From the human T2T-CHM13v2.0 reference genome, Homo sapiens, in NCBI RefSeq assembly GCF_009914755.1, contig NC_060938.1: a stretch of 64,000 bases of DNA; one strand, 5' to 3'. The position numbers and the translations under genes were made by a program. The notes under the pieces were generated by a model. The model was not told the origin of the DNA. It did no database searches and saw only the letters and a program-made list of their open reading frames with translations. Of this stretch, positions 1-12,700 are shown piece by piece (the first letter of the stretch is position 1; the number at the start of each line of letters is the position of its first letter).

Positions 1-327
1 AATCTTCACAGCTATCCAAATATCCACTTGCAGATCCTACAAAAAGAGTGTATCAAAACTGCTCTGTCAAAAGGAAGGTTCTTTTCTGTTAGGTGAGTGC
101 ATACGTCATAAAGGAGTTTCTGAGAATGTTTCTGTCTAGTGGTTATGGGAAGATATTTGCTTTTTCACCGTAGGCCTCAGAGCGCTCCAAATATCCACTT
201 GCACATACTACAAAAAGAGTGCCTCAAAGCTGCTCTCTGAAACGGAATGTTCAACTCTATGAGTTGAATGCAAACATCGCAAAGACGTTTCTGAGAATGC
301 TTCTGTCTAGATTTGATATGAAGATAT

Positions 328-344
328 TCCCGTTTCCATCGAAA
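328..344 (-). promoter_or_regulatory. CENP-B box, variant at a non-essential position
   Basis: The + strand reads tcccgtttccatcgaaa, reverse complement TTTCGATGGAAACGGGA. The core nTTCGnnnnAnnCGGGn is retained. Confidence 0.85.
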
Positions 345-665
345 TCTTCAAATCTATCCAAATGTCCACTTGCAGATTCAACAAAAAGTGTTTTTCAGAA
401 CTGCTCTATCAAAAGAAAGATCCACCTCTGTTAGCTGAGTTCAGACATCACAAACAAGTTTATGAGAATGCTTCTGTCTAGTTTTTATTTGAAGATATTT
501 CCTTTCTCACCATAGACCTGAAAGCTGTCCTAATGTTCACTTCCAGTTACTACAGAGAGAGTGTTTCAAAACTGCTGTACGAAAGGGAATGTTCAACTCT
601 GTGACTTGAATGCACACATCACAAAGAAGTTTCTGAGGATGCTGCTGTCTACTTTTTATACTTAA

Positions 666-682
666 TCCCGTTTCCAACGAAA
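666..682 (-). promoter_or_regulatory. CENP-B box (canonical; slot in the shortened monomer, repeated in every HOR)
   Basis: tcccgtttccaacgaaa is the reverse complement of TTTCGTTGGAAACGGGA, matching consensus YTTCGTTGGAARCGGGA. Confidence 0.95.
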
Positions 683-835
683 TCCTCCAAGCTATCCAAA
701 TATCCACTTGCAGATTCCACAGAAAGACTGTTTCAAAACTGCTCTGTCAATAGAAAGGTTCAACTCTGTTAGCTGCGTGCATATATCCCAAAGAAGATTC
801 TGAGATTGCTTCTGTCTAGTTTTTATGGGAAGATA

Positions 836-855
836 TTTCCCTTTTCACCGTAGGC
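836..855 (-). promoter_or_regulatory. A-type monomer box (pJalpha-type site) at the position equivalent to the CENP-B box
   Basis: tttcccttttcaccgtaggc follows gaagata at the position where B monomers carry the CENP-B box. Alternate monomers carry related variants (tttgctttttcaccgtaggc, tttcctttctcaccatag, ttccctttatcaccatggg). Confidence 0.6.
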
Positions 856-1007
856 ATCAAGGCGCTCCAAATGTCCACTTCCAGATACTACAAAAAGACT
901 GTTTCAAACCTACTCTGTGAAAGGGAATATTCAACTCTGTGACTTGAATGCACATATCACAAGGAAGTTTCTGAGAATGCTTCTGTCGAGATTTTATATG
1001 AAGATAT

Positions 1008-1024
1008 TCCCGTTTCCAACGAAA
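1008..1024 (-). promoter_or_regulatory. CENP-B box (canonical; repeated in every HOR)
   Basis: Exact tcccgtttccaacgaaa, 342 bp after the box at 666. Confidence 0.95.
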
Positions 1025-1348
1025 TCCTGAAATGTATCCAAATATCCCCTCGCAGATTCTACAAAAAGAGTGTATCAAAACTGCTCTGTAAAAAGAAAGG
1101 TTCAACTCTGTTAGTTGAGTACACACATCACAAACAAGTTTCACAGAATGCTTCTTTCTAGCTTGTAGGGGAAGATTCCCCTTTATCACCATGGTCCTCA
1201 AACCGTCCGAAATGTCCACTTCCATATACTACAAAAAGAGCGTTTCAAACCTGCTGTATGAAAGGCAATGTTCAACTCTGTGACTTGAATGCAGACATCA
1301 CAGAGCAGTTTCTGAGAATGCTTCTGTCTAGATTTTATAGGAAGATAT

Positions 1349-1365
1349 TCCCGTTTCCAACGAAA
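1349..1365 (-). promoter_or_regulatory. CENP-B box (canonical here; this slot is mutated in 8 HOR copies)
   Basis: Exact tcccgtttccaacgaaa following ttttataggaagatat. Four boxes per HOR give about 187 box positions in the window. Confidence 0.95.
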
Positions 1366-3399
1366 TCTTCACAGCTATCCAAATATCCACTTGCAGATTC
1401 TATAAAAAGAGTGTATCAAAACTGCTCTGTCAAAAGGAAGGTTCTTCTCTGTTAGGTGAGTGCATACGTCATAAAGGAGTTTCTGAGAATGTTTCTGTCT
1501 AGTGGTTATGGGAAGATATTTGCTTTTTCACCGTAGGCCTCAGAGCGCTCCAAATATCCACTTGCACATACTACAAAAAGAGTGCCTCAAACTGCTCTCT
1601 GAAACGGAATGTTCAACTCTATGAGTTGAATGCAAACATCGCAAAGACGTTTCTGAGAATGCTTCTGTCTAGATTTGATATGAAGATATTCCCGTTTCCA
1701 ACGAAATCTTCAAATCTATCCAAATGTCCACTTGCAGATTCAACAAAAAGTGTTTTTCAGAACTGCTCTATCAAAAGAAAGATCCACCTCTGTTAGCTGA
1801 GTTCACACATCACAAACAAGTTTATGAGAATGCTTCTGTCTAGTTTTTATTTGAAGATATTTCCTTTCTCACCATAGAGCTGAAAGCTGTCCTAATGTTC
1901 ACTTCCAGATACTACAGAAAGAGTGTTTCAAAACTGCTGTACGAAAGGGAATGTTCAACTCTGTGACTTGAATGCACACATCACAAAGAAGTTTCTGAGG
2001 ATGCTGCTGGCTACTTTGTATACGTAATCCCGTTTCCAACGAAATCCTCCAAGCTATCCAAATATCCACTTGCAGATTCCACAGAAAGACTGTTTCAAAA
2101 CTGCTCTGTCAATAGAAAGGTTCAACTCTGTTAGCTGCGTGCATATATCCCAAAGAAGATTCTGAGATTGCTTCTGTCTAATTTTTATGGGAAGATATTT
2201 CCCTTTTCACCGTAGGTGTCAAGGCGCTCCAAATGTCCACTTCCAGATACTACAAAAAGAGTGTTTCAAACCTACTCTGTGAAAGGGAATATTCAACTCT
2301 GTGACTTGAATGCACATATCACAAAGAAGTTTCTGAGAATGCTTCTGTCGAGATTTTATATGAAGATATTCCCGTTTCCAACGAAATCCTGAAATGTATC
2401 CAAATATCCCCTCGCAGATTCTACAAAAAGAGTGTTTCAAAACTGCTCTGTGAAAAGAAAGGTTCAACTCTGTTAGTTGAGTACACACATCACAAACAAG
2501 TTTCACAGAATGCTTCTTTCTAGCTTGTAGGGGAAGATATTCCCTTTATCACCATGGGCCTCCAACCGTCCGAAACATCCACTTCCATATACTACAAAAA
2601 GAGCGTTTCAAACCTGCTCTATGAAAGGCAATGTTCAACTCTGTGACTTGAATGCAGACATCACAGAGCAGTTTCTGAGAATGCTTCTGTCTAGATTTTA
2701 TAGGAAGATATTCCCGTTTCCAACGAAATCTTCACAGCTATCCAAATATCCACTTGCAGATTCTACAAAAAGAGTGTATCAAAACTGCTCTGTCAAAAGG
2801 AAGGTTCTTTTCTGTTAGGTGAGTGCATACGTCATAAAGGAGTTTCTGAGAATGTTTCTGTCTAGTGGTTATGGGAAGATATTTGCTTTTTCACCGTAGG
2901 CCTCAGAGCGCTCCAAATATCCACTTGCACATACTACAAAAAGAGTGCCTCAAAGCTGCTCTCTGAAACGGAATGTTCAACTCTATGAGTTGAATGCAAA
3001 CATCGCAAAGACGTTTCTGAGATGCTTCTGTCTAGATTTGATATGAAGATATTCCCGTTTCCAACGAAATCTTCAAATCTATCCAAATGTCCACTTGCAG
3101 ATTCAACAAAAAGTGTTTTTCAGAACTGCTCTATCAAAAGAAAGATCCACCTCTGTTAGCTGAGTTCAGACATCACAAACAAGTTTATGAGAATGCTTCT
3201 GTCTAGTTTTTATTTGAAGATATTTCCTTTCTCACCATAGACCTGAAAGCTGTCCTAATGTTCACTTCCAGTTACTACAGAAAGAGTGTTTCAAAACTGC
3301 TGTACGAAAGGGAATGTTCAACTCTGTGACTTGAATGCACACATCACAAAGAAGTTTCTGAGGATGCTGCTGTCTACTTTTTATACGTAATCCCGTTTC

Positions 3400-6300
3400 C
3401 AACGAAATCCTCCAAGCTATCCAAATATCCACTTGCAGATTCCACAGAAAGACTGTTTCAAAACTGCTCTGTCAATAGAAAGGTTCAACTCTGTTAGCTG
3501 CGTGCATATATCCCAAAGAAGATTCTGAGATTGCTTCTGTCTAGTTTTTATGGGAAGATATTTCCCTTTTCACCGTAGGCGTCAAGGCGCTCCAAATGTC
3601 CACTTCCAGATACTACAAAAAGAGTGTTTCAAACCTACTCTGTGAAAGGGAATATTCAACTCTGTGACTTGAATGCACATATCACAAGGAAGTTTCTGAG
3701 AATGCTTCTGTCGAGATTTTATATGAAGATATTCCCGTTTCCAACGAAATCCTGAAATGTATCCAAATATCCCCTCGCAGATTCTACAAAAAGAGTGTTT
3801 CAAAACTGCTCTGTAAAAAGAAAGGTTCAACTCTGTTAGTTGAGTACACACATCACAAACAAGTTTCACAGAATGCTTCTTTCTAGCTTGTAGGGGAAGA
3901 TTCCCCTTTATCACCATGGTCCTCAAACCGTCCGAAATGTCCACTTCCATATACTACAAAAAGAGCGTTTCAAACCTGCTGTATGAAAGGCAATGTTCAA
4001 CTCTGTGACTTGAATGCAGACATCACAGAGCAGTTTCTGAGAATGCTTCTGTCTAGATTTTATAGGAAGATATTCCCGTTTCCAACGAAATCTTCACAGC
4101 TATCCAAATATCCACTTGCAGATTCTATAAAAAGAGTGTATCAAAACTGCTCTGTCAAAAGGAAGGTTCTTCTCTGTTAGGTGAGTGCATACGTCATAAA
4201 GGAGTTTCTGAGAATGTTTCTGTCTAGTGGTTATGGGAAGATATTTGCTTTTTCACCGTAGGCCTCAGAGCGCTCCAAATATCCACTTGCACATACTACA
4301 AAAAGAGTGCCTCAAACTGCTCTCTGAAACGGAATGTTCAACTCTATGAGTTGAATGCAAACATCGCAAAGACGTTTCTGAGAATGCTTCTGTCTAGATT
4401 TGATATGAAGATATTCCCGTTTCCAACGAAATCTTCAAATCTATCCAAATGTCCACTTGCAGATTCAACAAAAAGTGTTTTTCAGAACTGCTCTATCAAA
4501 AGAAAGATCCACCTCTGTTAGCTGAGTTCACACATCACAAACAAGTTTATGAGAATGCTTCTGTCTAGTTTTTATTTGAAGATATTTCCTTTCTCACCAT
4601 AGAGCTGAAAGCTGTCCTAATGTTCACTTCCAGATACTACAGAAAGAGTGTTTCAAAACTGCTGTACGAAAGGGAATGTTCAACTCTGTGACTTGAATGC
4701 ACACATCACAAAGAAGTTTCTGAGGATGCTGCTGTCTACTTTTTATACGTAATCCCGTTTCCAACGAAATCCTCCAAGCTATCCAAATATCCACTTGCAG
4801 ATTCCACAGAAAGACTGTTTCAAAACGGCTCTGTCAATAGAAAGGTTCAACTCTCTTAGCTGCATGCATATATCCCAAAGAAGATTCTGAGATTGCTTCT
4901 GTCTAGTTTTTATGGGAAGATATTTCCCTTTTCACCGTAGGTGTCAAGGCGCTCCAAATGTCCACTTCCAGATACTACAAAAAGAGTGTTTCAAACCTAC
5001 TCTGTGAAAGGGAATATTCAACTCTGTGACTTGAATGCACATATCACAAGGAAGTTTCTGAGAATGCTTCTGTCGAGATTTTATATGAAGATATTCCCGT
5101 TTCCAACGAAATGCTGAAATGTATCCAAATATCCCCTCGCAGATTCTACAAAAAGAGTGTTTCAAAACTGCTCTGTGAAAAGAAAGGTTCAACTCTGTTA
5201 GTTGAGTACACACATCACAAACAAGTTTCACAGAATGCTTCTTTCTAGCTTGTAGGGGAAGATATTCCCTTTATCACCATGGGCCTCCAACCGTCCGAAA
5301 CATCCACTTCCATATACTACAAAAAGAGCGTTTCAAACCTGCTCTATGAAAGGCAATGTTCAACTCTGTGACTTGAATGCAGACATCACAGAGCAGTTTC
5401 TGAGAATGCTTCTGTCTAGATTTTATAGGAAGATATTCCCGTTTCCAATGAAATCTTCACAGCTATCCAAATATCCACTTGCAGATTCTACAAAAAGAGT
5501 GTATCAAAACTGCTCTGTCAAAAGGAAGGTTCTTTTCTGTTAGGTGAGTGCATACGTCATAAAGGAGTTTCTGAGAATGTTTCTGTCTAGTGGTTATGGG
5601 AAGATATTTGCTTTTTCACCGTAGGCCTCAGAGCGCTCCAAATATCCACTTGCACATACTACAAAAAGAGTGCCTCAAAGCTGCTCTCTGAAACGGAATG
5701 TTCAACTCTATGAGTTGAATGCAAACATCGCAAAGACGTTTCTGAGAATGCTTCTGTCTAGATTTGATATGAAGATATTCCCGTTTCCAACGAAATCTTC
5801 AAATCTATCCAAATGTCCACTTGCAGATTCAACAAAAAGTGTTTTTCAGAACTGCTCTATCAAAAGAAAGATCCACCTCTGTTAGCTGAGTTCAGACATC
5901 ACAAACAAGTTTATGAGAATGCTTCTGTCTAGTTTTTATTTGAAGATATTTCCTTTCTCACCATAGACCTGAAAGCTGTCCTAATGTTCACTTCCAGTTA
6001 CTACAGAAAGAGTGTTTCAAAACTGCTGTACGAAAGGGAATGTTCAACTCTGTGACTTGAATGCACACATCACAAAGAAGTTTCTGAGGATGCTGCTGTC
6101 TACTTTTTATACTTAATCCCGTTTCCAACGAAATCCTCCAAGCTATCCAAATATCCACTTGCAGATTCCACAGAAAGACTGTTTCAAAACTGCTCTGTCA
6201 ATAGAAAGGTTCAACTCTGTTAGCTGCGTGCATATATCCCAAAGAAGATTCTGAGATTGCTTCTGTCTAGTTTTTATGGGAAGATATTTCCCTTTTCACC

Positions 6301-9300
6301 GTAGGCGTCAAGGCGCTCCAAATGTCCACTTCCAGATACTACAAAAAGAGTGTTTCAAACCTACTCTGTGAAAGGGAATATTCAACTCTGTGACTTGAAT
6401 GCACATATCACAAGGAAGTTTCTGAGAATGCTTCTGTCGAGATTTTATATGAAGATATTCCCGTTTCCAACGAAATCCTGAAATGTATCCAAATATCCCC
6501 TCGCAGATTCTACAAAAAGAGTGTTTCAAAACTGCTCTGTAAAAAGAAAGGTTCAACTCTGTTAGTTGAGTATACACATCACAAACAAGTTTCACAGAAT
6601 GCTTCTTTCTAGCTTGTAGGGGAAGATATTCCCTTTATCACCATGGGCCTCCAACCGTCCGAAACATCCACTTCCATATACTACAAAAAGAGCGTTTCAA
6701 ACCTGCTCTATGAAAGGCAATGTTCAACTCTGTGACTTGAATGCAGACATCACAGAGCAGTTTCTGAGAATGCTTCTGTCTAGATTTTATAGGAAGATAT
6801 TCCCGTTTCCAACGAAATCTTCACAGCTATCCAAATATCCACTTGCAGATTCTATAAAAAGAGTGTATCAAATCTGCTCTGTCAAAAGGAAGGTTCTTCT
6901 CTGTTAGGTGAGTGCATACGTCATAAAGGAGTTTCTGAGAATGTTTCTGTCTAGTGGTTATGGGAAGATATTTGCTTTTTCACCGTAGGCCTCAGAGCGC
7001 TCCAAATATCCACTTGCACATACTACAAAAAGAGTGCTTCAAAGCTGTTCTCTGAAACGGAATGTTCAACTCTATGAGTTGAATGCAAACATCACAAAGA
7101 CGTTTCTGAGAATGCTTCTGTCTAGATTTGATATGAAGATATTCCCGTTTCCAACGAAATCTTCAAATCTATCCAAATGTCCACTTGCAGATTCAACAAA
7201 AAGTGTTTTTCAGAACTGCTCTATCAAAAGAAAGATCCACCTCTGTTAGCTGAGTTCACACATCACAAACAAGTTTATGAGAATGCTTCTGTCTAGTTTT
7301 TATTTGAAGATATTTCCTTTCTCACCATAGAGCTGAAAGCTGTCCTAATGTTCACTTCCAGATACTACAGAAAGAGTGTTTCAAAACTGCTGTACGAAAG
7401 GGAATGTTCAACTCTGTGACTTGAATGCACACATCACAAAGAAGTTTCTGAGGATGCTGCTGTCTACTTTTTATACGTAATCCCGTTTCCAACGAAATCC
7501 TCCAAGCTATCCAAATATCCACTTGCAAATTCCACAGAAAGACTGTTTCAAAACTGCTCTGTCAATAGAAAGGTTCAACTCTGTTAGCTGCGTGCATATA
7601 TCCCAAAGAAGATTCTGAGATTGCTTCTGTCTAGTTTTTATGGGAAGATATTTCCCTTTTCACCGTAGGCGTCAAGGCGCTCCAAATGTCCACTTCCAGA
7701 TACTACAAAAAGAGTGTTTCAAACCTACTCTGTGAAAGGGAATATTCAACTCTGTGACTTGAATGCACATATCACAAAGAAGTTTCTGAGAATGCTTCTG
7801 TCGAGATTTTATATGAAGATATTCCCGTTTCCAACGAAATCCTGAAATGTATCCAAATATCCCCTCGCAGATTCTACAAAAAGAGTGTTTCAAAACTGCT
7901 CTGTAAAAAGAAAGGTTCAACTCTGTTAGTTGAGTACACACATCACAAACAAGTTTCACAGAATGCTTCTTTCTAGCTTGTAGGGGAAGATTCCCCTTTA
8001 TCACCATGGTCCTCAAACCGTCCGAAAAGTCCACTTCCATATACTACAAAAAGAGCGTTTCAAACCTGCTGTATGAAAGGCAATGTTCAACTCTGTGACT
8101 TGAATGCAGACATCACAGAGCAGTTTCTGAGAATGCTTCTGTCTAGATTTTATAGGAAGATATTCCCGTTTCCAACGAAATCTTCACAGCTATCCAAATA
8201 TCCACTTGCAGATTCTACAAAAAGAGTGTATCAAAACTGCTCTGTCAAAAGGAAGGTTCTTTTCTGTTAGGTGAGTGCATACGTCATAAAGGAGTTTCTG
8301 AGAATGTTTCTGTCTAGTGGTTATGGGAAGATATTTGCTTTTTCACCGTAGGCCTCAGAGCGCTCCAAATATCCACTTGCACATACTAAAAAAAGAGTGC
8401 CTCAAACTGCTCTCTGAAACGGAATGTTCAACTCTATGAGTTGAATGCAAACATCGCAAAGACGTTTCTGAGTATGCTTCTGTCTAGATTTGATATGAAG
8501 ATATTCCCGTTTCCAACGAAATCTTCAAATCTATCCAAATGTCCACTTGCAGATTCAACAAAAAGTGTTTTTCAGAACTGCTCTATCAAAAGAAAGATCC
8601 ACCTCTGTTAGCTGAGTTCACACATCACAAACAAGTTTATGAGAATGCTTCTGTCTAGTTTTTATTTGAAGATATTTCCTTTCTCACCATAGAGCTGAAA
8701 GCTGTCCTAATGTTCACTTCCAGATACTACAGAAAGAGTGTTTCAAAACTGCTGTACGAAAGGGAATGTTCAACTCTGTGACTTGAATGCACACATCACA
8801 AAGAAGTTTCTGAGGATGCTGCTGTCTACTTTTTATACGTAATCCCGTTTCCAACGAAATCCTCCAAGCTATCCAAATATCCACTTGCAGATTCCACAGA
8901 AAGACTGTTTCAAAACTGGTCTGTCAATAGAAAGGTTCAACTCTGTTAGCTGCGTGCATATATCCCAAAGAAGATTCTGAGATTGCTTCTGTCTAGTTTT
9001 TATGGGAAGATATTTCCCTTTTCACCGTAGGCGTCAAGGCGCTCCAAATGTCCACTTCCAGATACTACAAAAAGAGTGTTTCAAACCTACTCTGTGAAAG
9101 GGAATATTCAACTCTGTGACTTGAATGCACATATCACAAAGAAGTTTCTGAGAATGATTCTGTCGAGATTTTATATGAAGATATTCCCGTTTCCAACGAA
9201 ATCCTGAAATCTATCCAAATATCCCCTCGCAGATTCTACAAAAAGAGTGTTTCAAAACTGCTCTGTGAAAAGAAAGGTTCAACTCTGTTAGTTGAGTACA

Positions 9301-9750
9301 CACATCACAAACAAGTTTCACAGAATGCTTCTTTCTAGCTTGTAGGGGAAGATATTCCCTTTATCACCATGGGCCTCCAACCGTCCGAAACATCCACTTC
9401 CATATACTACAAAAAGAGCGTTTCAAACCTGCTCTATGAAAGGCAATGTTCAACTCTGTGACTTGAATGCAGACATCACAGAGCAGTTTCTGAGAATGCT
9501 TCTGTCTAGATTTTATAGGAAGATATTCCCGTTTCCAACGAAATCTTCACAGCTATCCAAATATCCACTTGCAGATTCTACAAAAAGAGTGTATCAAAAC
9601 TGCTCTGTCAAAAGGAAGGTTCTTCTCTGTTAGGTGAGTGCATACGTCATAAAGGAGTTTCTGAGAATGTTTCTGTCTAGTGGTTATGGGAAGATATTTG
9701 CTTTTTCACCGTAGGCCTCAGAGCGCTCCAAATATCCACTTGCACATACT
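3400..9750. repeat. Block of about 4.7 HORs repeated at +12270 (about 15670-22020) and again at +29998
   Basis: The same ordered set of variants recurs: gattcccc/aaatgtcc, ctataaaa, aacggct/aaatgctg, ccaatgaa, caaatctg, ttgcaaat, aaaagtcc, actaaaaaaa, gagtatg, ctggtct, aatgattc. Boundaries are approximate. Confidence 0.85.
5437..5453 (-). promoter_or_regulatory. Disrupted CENP-B box (TTCG>TTCA); identical copies at 17707-17723 and 35435-35451
   Basis: tcccgtttccaatgaaa, C>T at 5449 within the essential CpG. Confidence 0.85.
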
Positions 9751-12700
9751 ACAAAAAGAGTGCCTCAAACTGCTCTCTGAAACGGAATGTTCAACTCTAT
9801 GAGTTGAATGCAAACATCACAAAGACGTTTCTGAGAATGCTTCTGTCTAGATTTGATATGAAGATATTCCCGTTTCCAACGAAATCTTCAAATCTATCCA
9901 AATGTCCACTTGCAGATTCAACAAAAAGTGTTTTTCAGAACTGCTCTATCAAAAGAAAGATCCACCTCTGTTAGCTGAGTTCACACATCACAAACAAGTT
10001 TATGAGAATGCTTCTGTCTAGTTTTTATTTGAAGATATTTCCTTTCTCACCATAGAGCTGAAAGCTGTCCTAATGTTCACTTCCAGATACTACAGAAAGA
10101 GTGTTTCAAAACTGCTGTACGAAAGGGAATGTTCAACTCTGTGACTTGAATGCACACATCACAAAGAAGTTTCTGAGGATGCTGCTGGCTACTTTGTATA
10201 CGTAATCCCGTTTCCAACGAAATCCTCCAAGCTATCCAAATATCCACTTGCAGATTCCACAGAAAGACTGTTTCAAAACTGCTCTGTCAATAGAAAGGTT
10301 CAACTCTGTTAGCTGCGTGCATATATCCCAAAGAAGATTCTGAGATTGCTTCTGTCTAATTTTTATGGGAAGATATTTCCCTTTTCACCGTAGGCGTCAA
10401 GGCGCTCCAAATGTCCACTTCCAGATACTACAAAAAGAGTGTTTCAAACCTACTCTGTGAAAGGGAATATTCAACTCTGTGACTTGAATGCACATATCAC
10501 AAGGAAGTTTCTGAGAATGCTTCTGTCGAGATTTTATATGAAGATATTCCCGTTTCCAACGAAATCCTGAAATGTATCCAAATATCCCCTCGCAGATTCT
10601 ACAAAAAGAGTGTTTCAAAACTGCTCTGTGAAAAGAAAGGTTCAACTCTGTTAGTTGAGTACACACATCACAAACAAGTTTCACAGAATGCTTCTTTCTA
10701 GCTTGTAGGGGAAGATATTCCCTTTATCACCATGGGCCTCCAACCGTCCGAAACATCCACTTCCATATACTACAAAAAGAGCGTTTCAAACCTGCTCTAT
10801 GAAAGGCAATGTTCAACTCTGTGACTTGAATGCAGACATCACAGAGCAGTTTCTGAGAATGCTTCTGTCTAGATTTTATAGGAAGATATTCCCGTTTCCA
10901 ACGAAATCTTCACAGCTATCCAAATATCCACTTGCAGATTCTACAAAAAGAGTGTATCAAAACTGCTCTGTCAAAAGGAAGGTTCTTTTCTGTTAGGTGA
11001 GTGCATACGTCATAAAGGAGTTTCTGAGAATGTTTCTGTCTAGTGGTTATGGGAAGATATTTGCTTTTTCACCGTAGGCCTCAGAGCGCTCCAAATATCC
11101 ACTTGCACATACTACAAAAAGAGTGCCTCAAAGCTGCTCTCTGAAACGGAATGTTCAACTCTATGAGTTGAATGCAAACATCGCAAAGACGTTTCTGAGA
11201 TGCTTCTGTCTAGATTTGATATGAAGATATTCCCGTTTCCAACGAAATCTTCAAATCTATCCAAATGTCCACTTGCAGATTCAACAAAAAGTGTTTTTCA
11301 GAACTGCTCTATCAAAAGAAAGATCCACCTCTGTTAGCTGAGTTCACACATCACAAACAAGTTTATGAGAATGCTTCTGTCTAGTTTTTATTTGAAGATA
11401 TTTCCTTTCTCACCATAGACCTGAAAGCTGTCCTAATGTTCACTTCCAGTTACTACAGAAAGAGTGTTTCAAAACTGCTGTACGAAAGGGAATGTTCAAC
11501 TCTGTGACTTGAATGCACACATCACAAAGAAGTTTCTGAGGATGCTGCTGTCTACTTTTTATACGTAATCCCGTTTCCAACGAAATCCTCCAAGCTATCC
11601 AAATATCCACTTGCAGATTCCACAGAAAGACTGTTTCAAAACTGCTCTGTCAATAGAAAGGTTCAACTCTGTTAGCTGCGTGCATATATCCCAAAGAAGA
11701 TTCTGAGATTGCTTCTGTCTAGTTTTTATGGGAAGATATTTCCCTTTTCACCGTAGGCGTCAAGGCGCTCCAAATGTCCACTTCCAGATACTACAAAAAG
11801 AGTGTTTCAAACCTACTCTGTGAAAGGGAATATTCAACTCTGTGACTTGAATGCACATATCACAAGGAAGTTTCTGAGAATGCTTCTGTCGAGATTTTAT
11901 ATGAAGATATTCCCGTTTCCAACGAAATCCTGAAATCTATCCAAATATCCCCTCGCAGATTCTACAAAAAGAGTGTTTCAAAACTGCTCTGTAAAAAGAA
12001 AGGTTCAACTCTGTTAGTTGAGTACACACATCACAAACAAGTTTCACAGAATGCTTCTTTCTAGCTTGTAGGGGAAGATATTCCCTTTATCACCATGGGC
12101 CTCCAACCGTCGGAAACATCCACTTCCATATACTACAAAAAGAGCGTTTCAAACCTGCTCTATGAAAGGCAATGTTCAACTCTGTGACTTGAATGCAGAC
12201 ATCACAGAGCAGTTTCTGAGAATGCTTCTGTCTAGATTTTATAGGAAGATATTCCCGTTTCCAACGAAATCTTCACAGCTATCCAAATATCCACTTGCAG
12301 ATTCTACAAAAAGAGTGTATCAAATCTGCTCTGTCAAAAGGAAGGTTCTTCTCTGTTAGGTGAGTGCATACGTCATAAAGGAGTTTCTGAGAATGTTTCT
12401 GTCTAGTGGTTATGGGAAGATATTTGCTTTTTCACCGTAGGCCTCAGAGCGCTCCAAATATCCACTTGCACATACTACAAATAGAGTGCTTCAAAGCTGT
12501 TCTCTGAAACGGAATGTTCAACTCTATGAGTTGAATGCAAACATCACAAAGACGTTTCTGAGAATGCTTCTGTCTAGATTTGATATGAAGATATTCCCGT
12601 TTCCAACGAAATCTTCAAATCTATCCAAATGTCCACTTGCAGATTCAACAAAAAGTGTTTTTCAGAACTGCTCTATCAAAAGAAAGATCCACCTCTGTTA

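Noticed and set aside
8387-8396. Short A run (actaaaaaaaag) as a possible poly(A) or retro-insertion scar
   Set aside because: It is a single C>A substitution in actacaaaaag, copied at about 20657, 38385 and 46567 by duplication.
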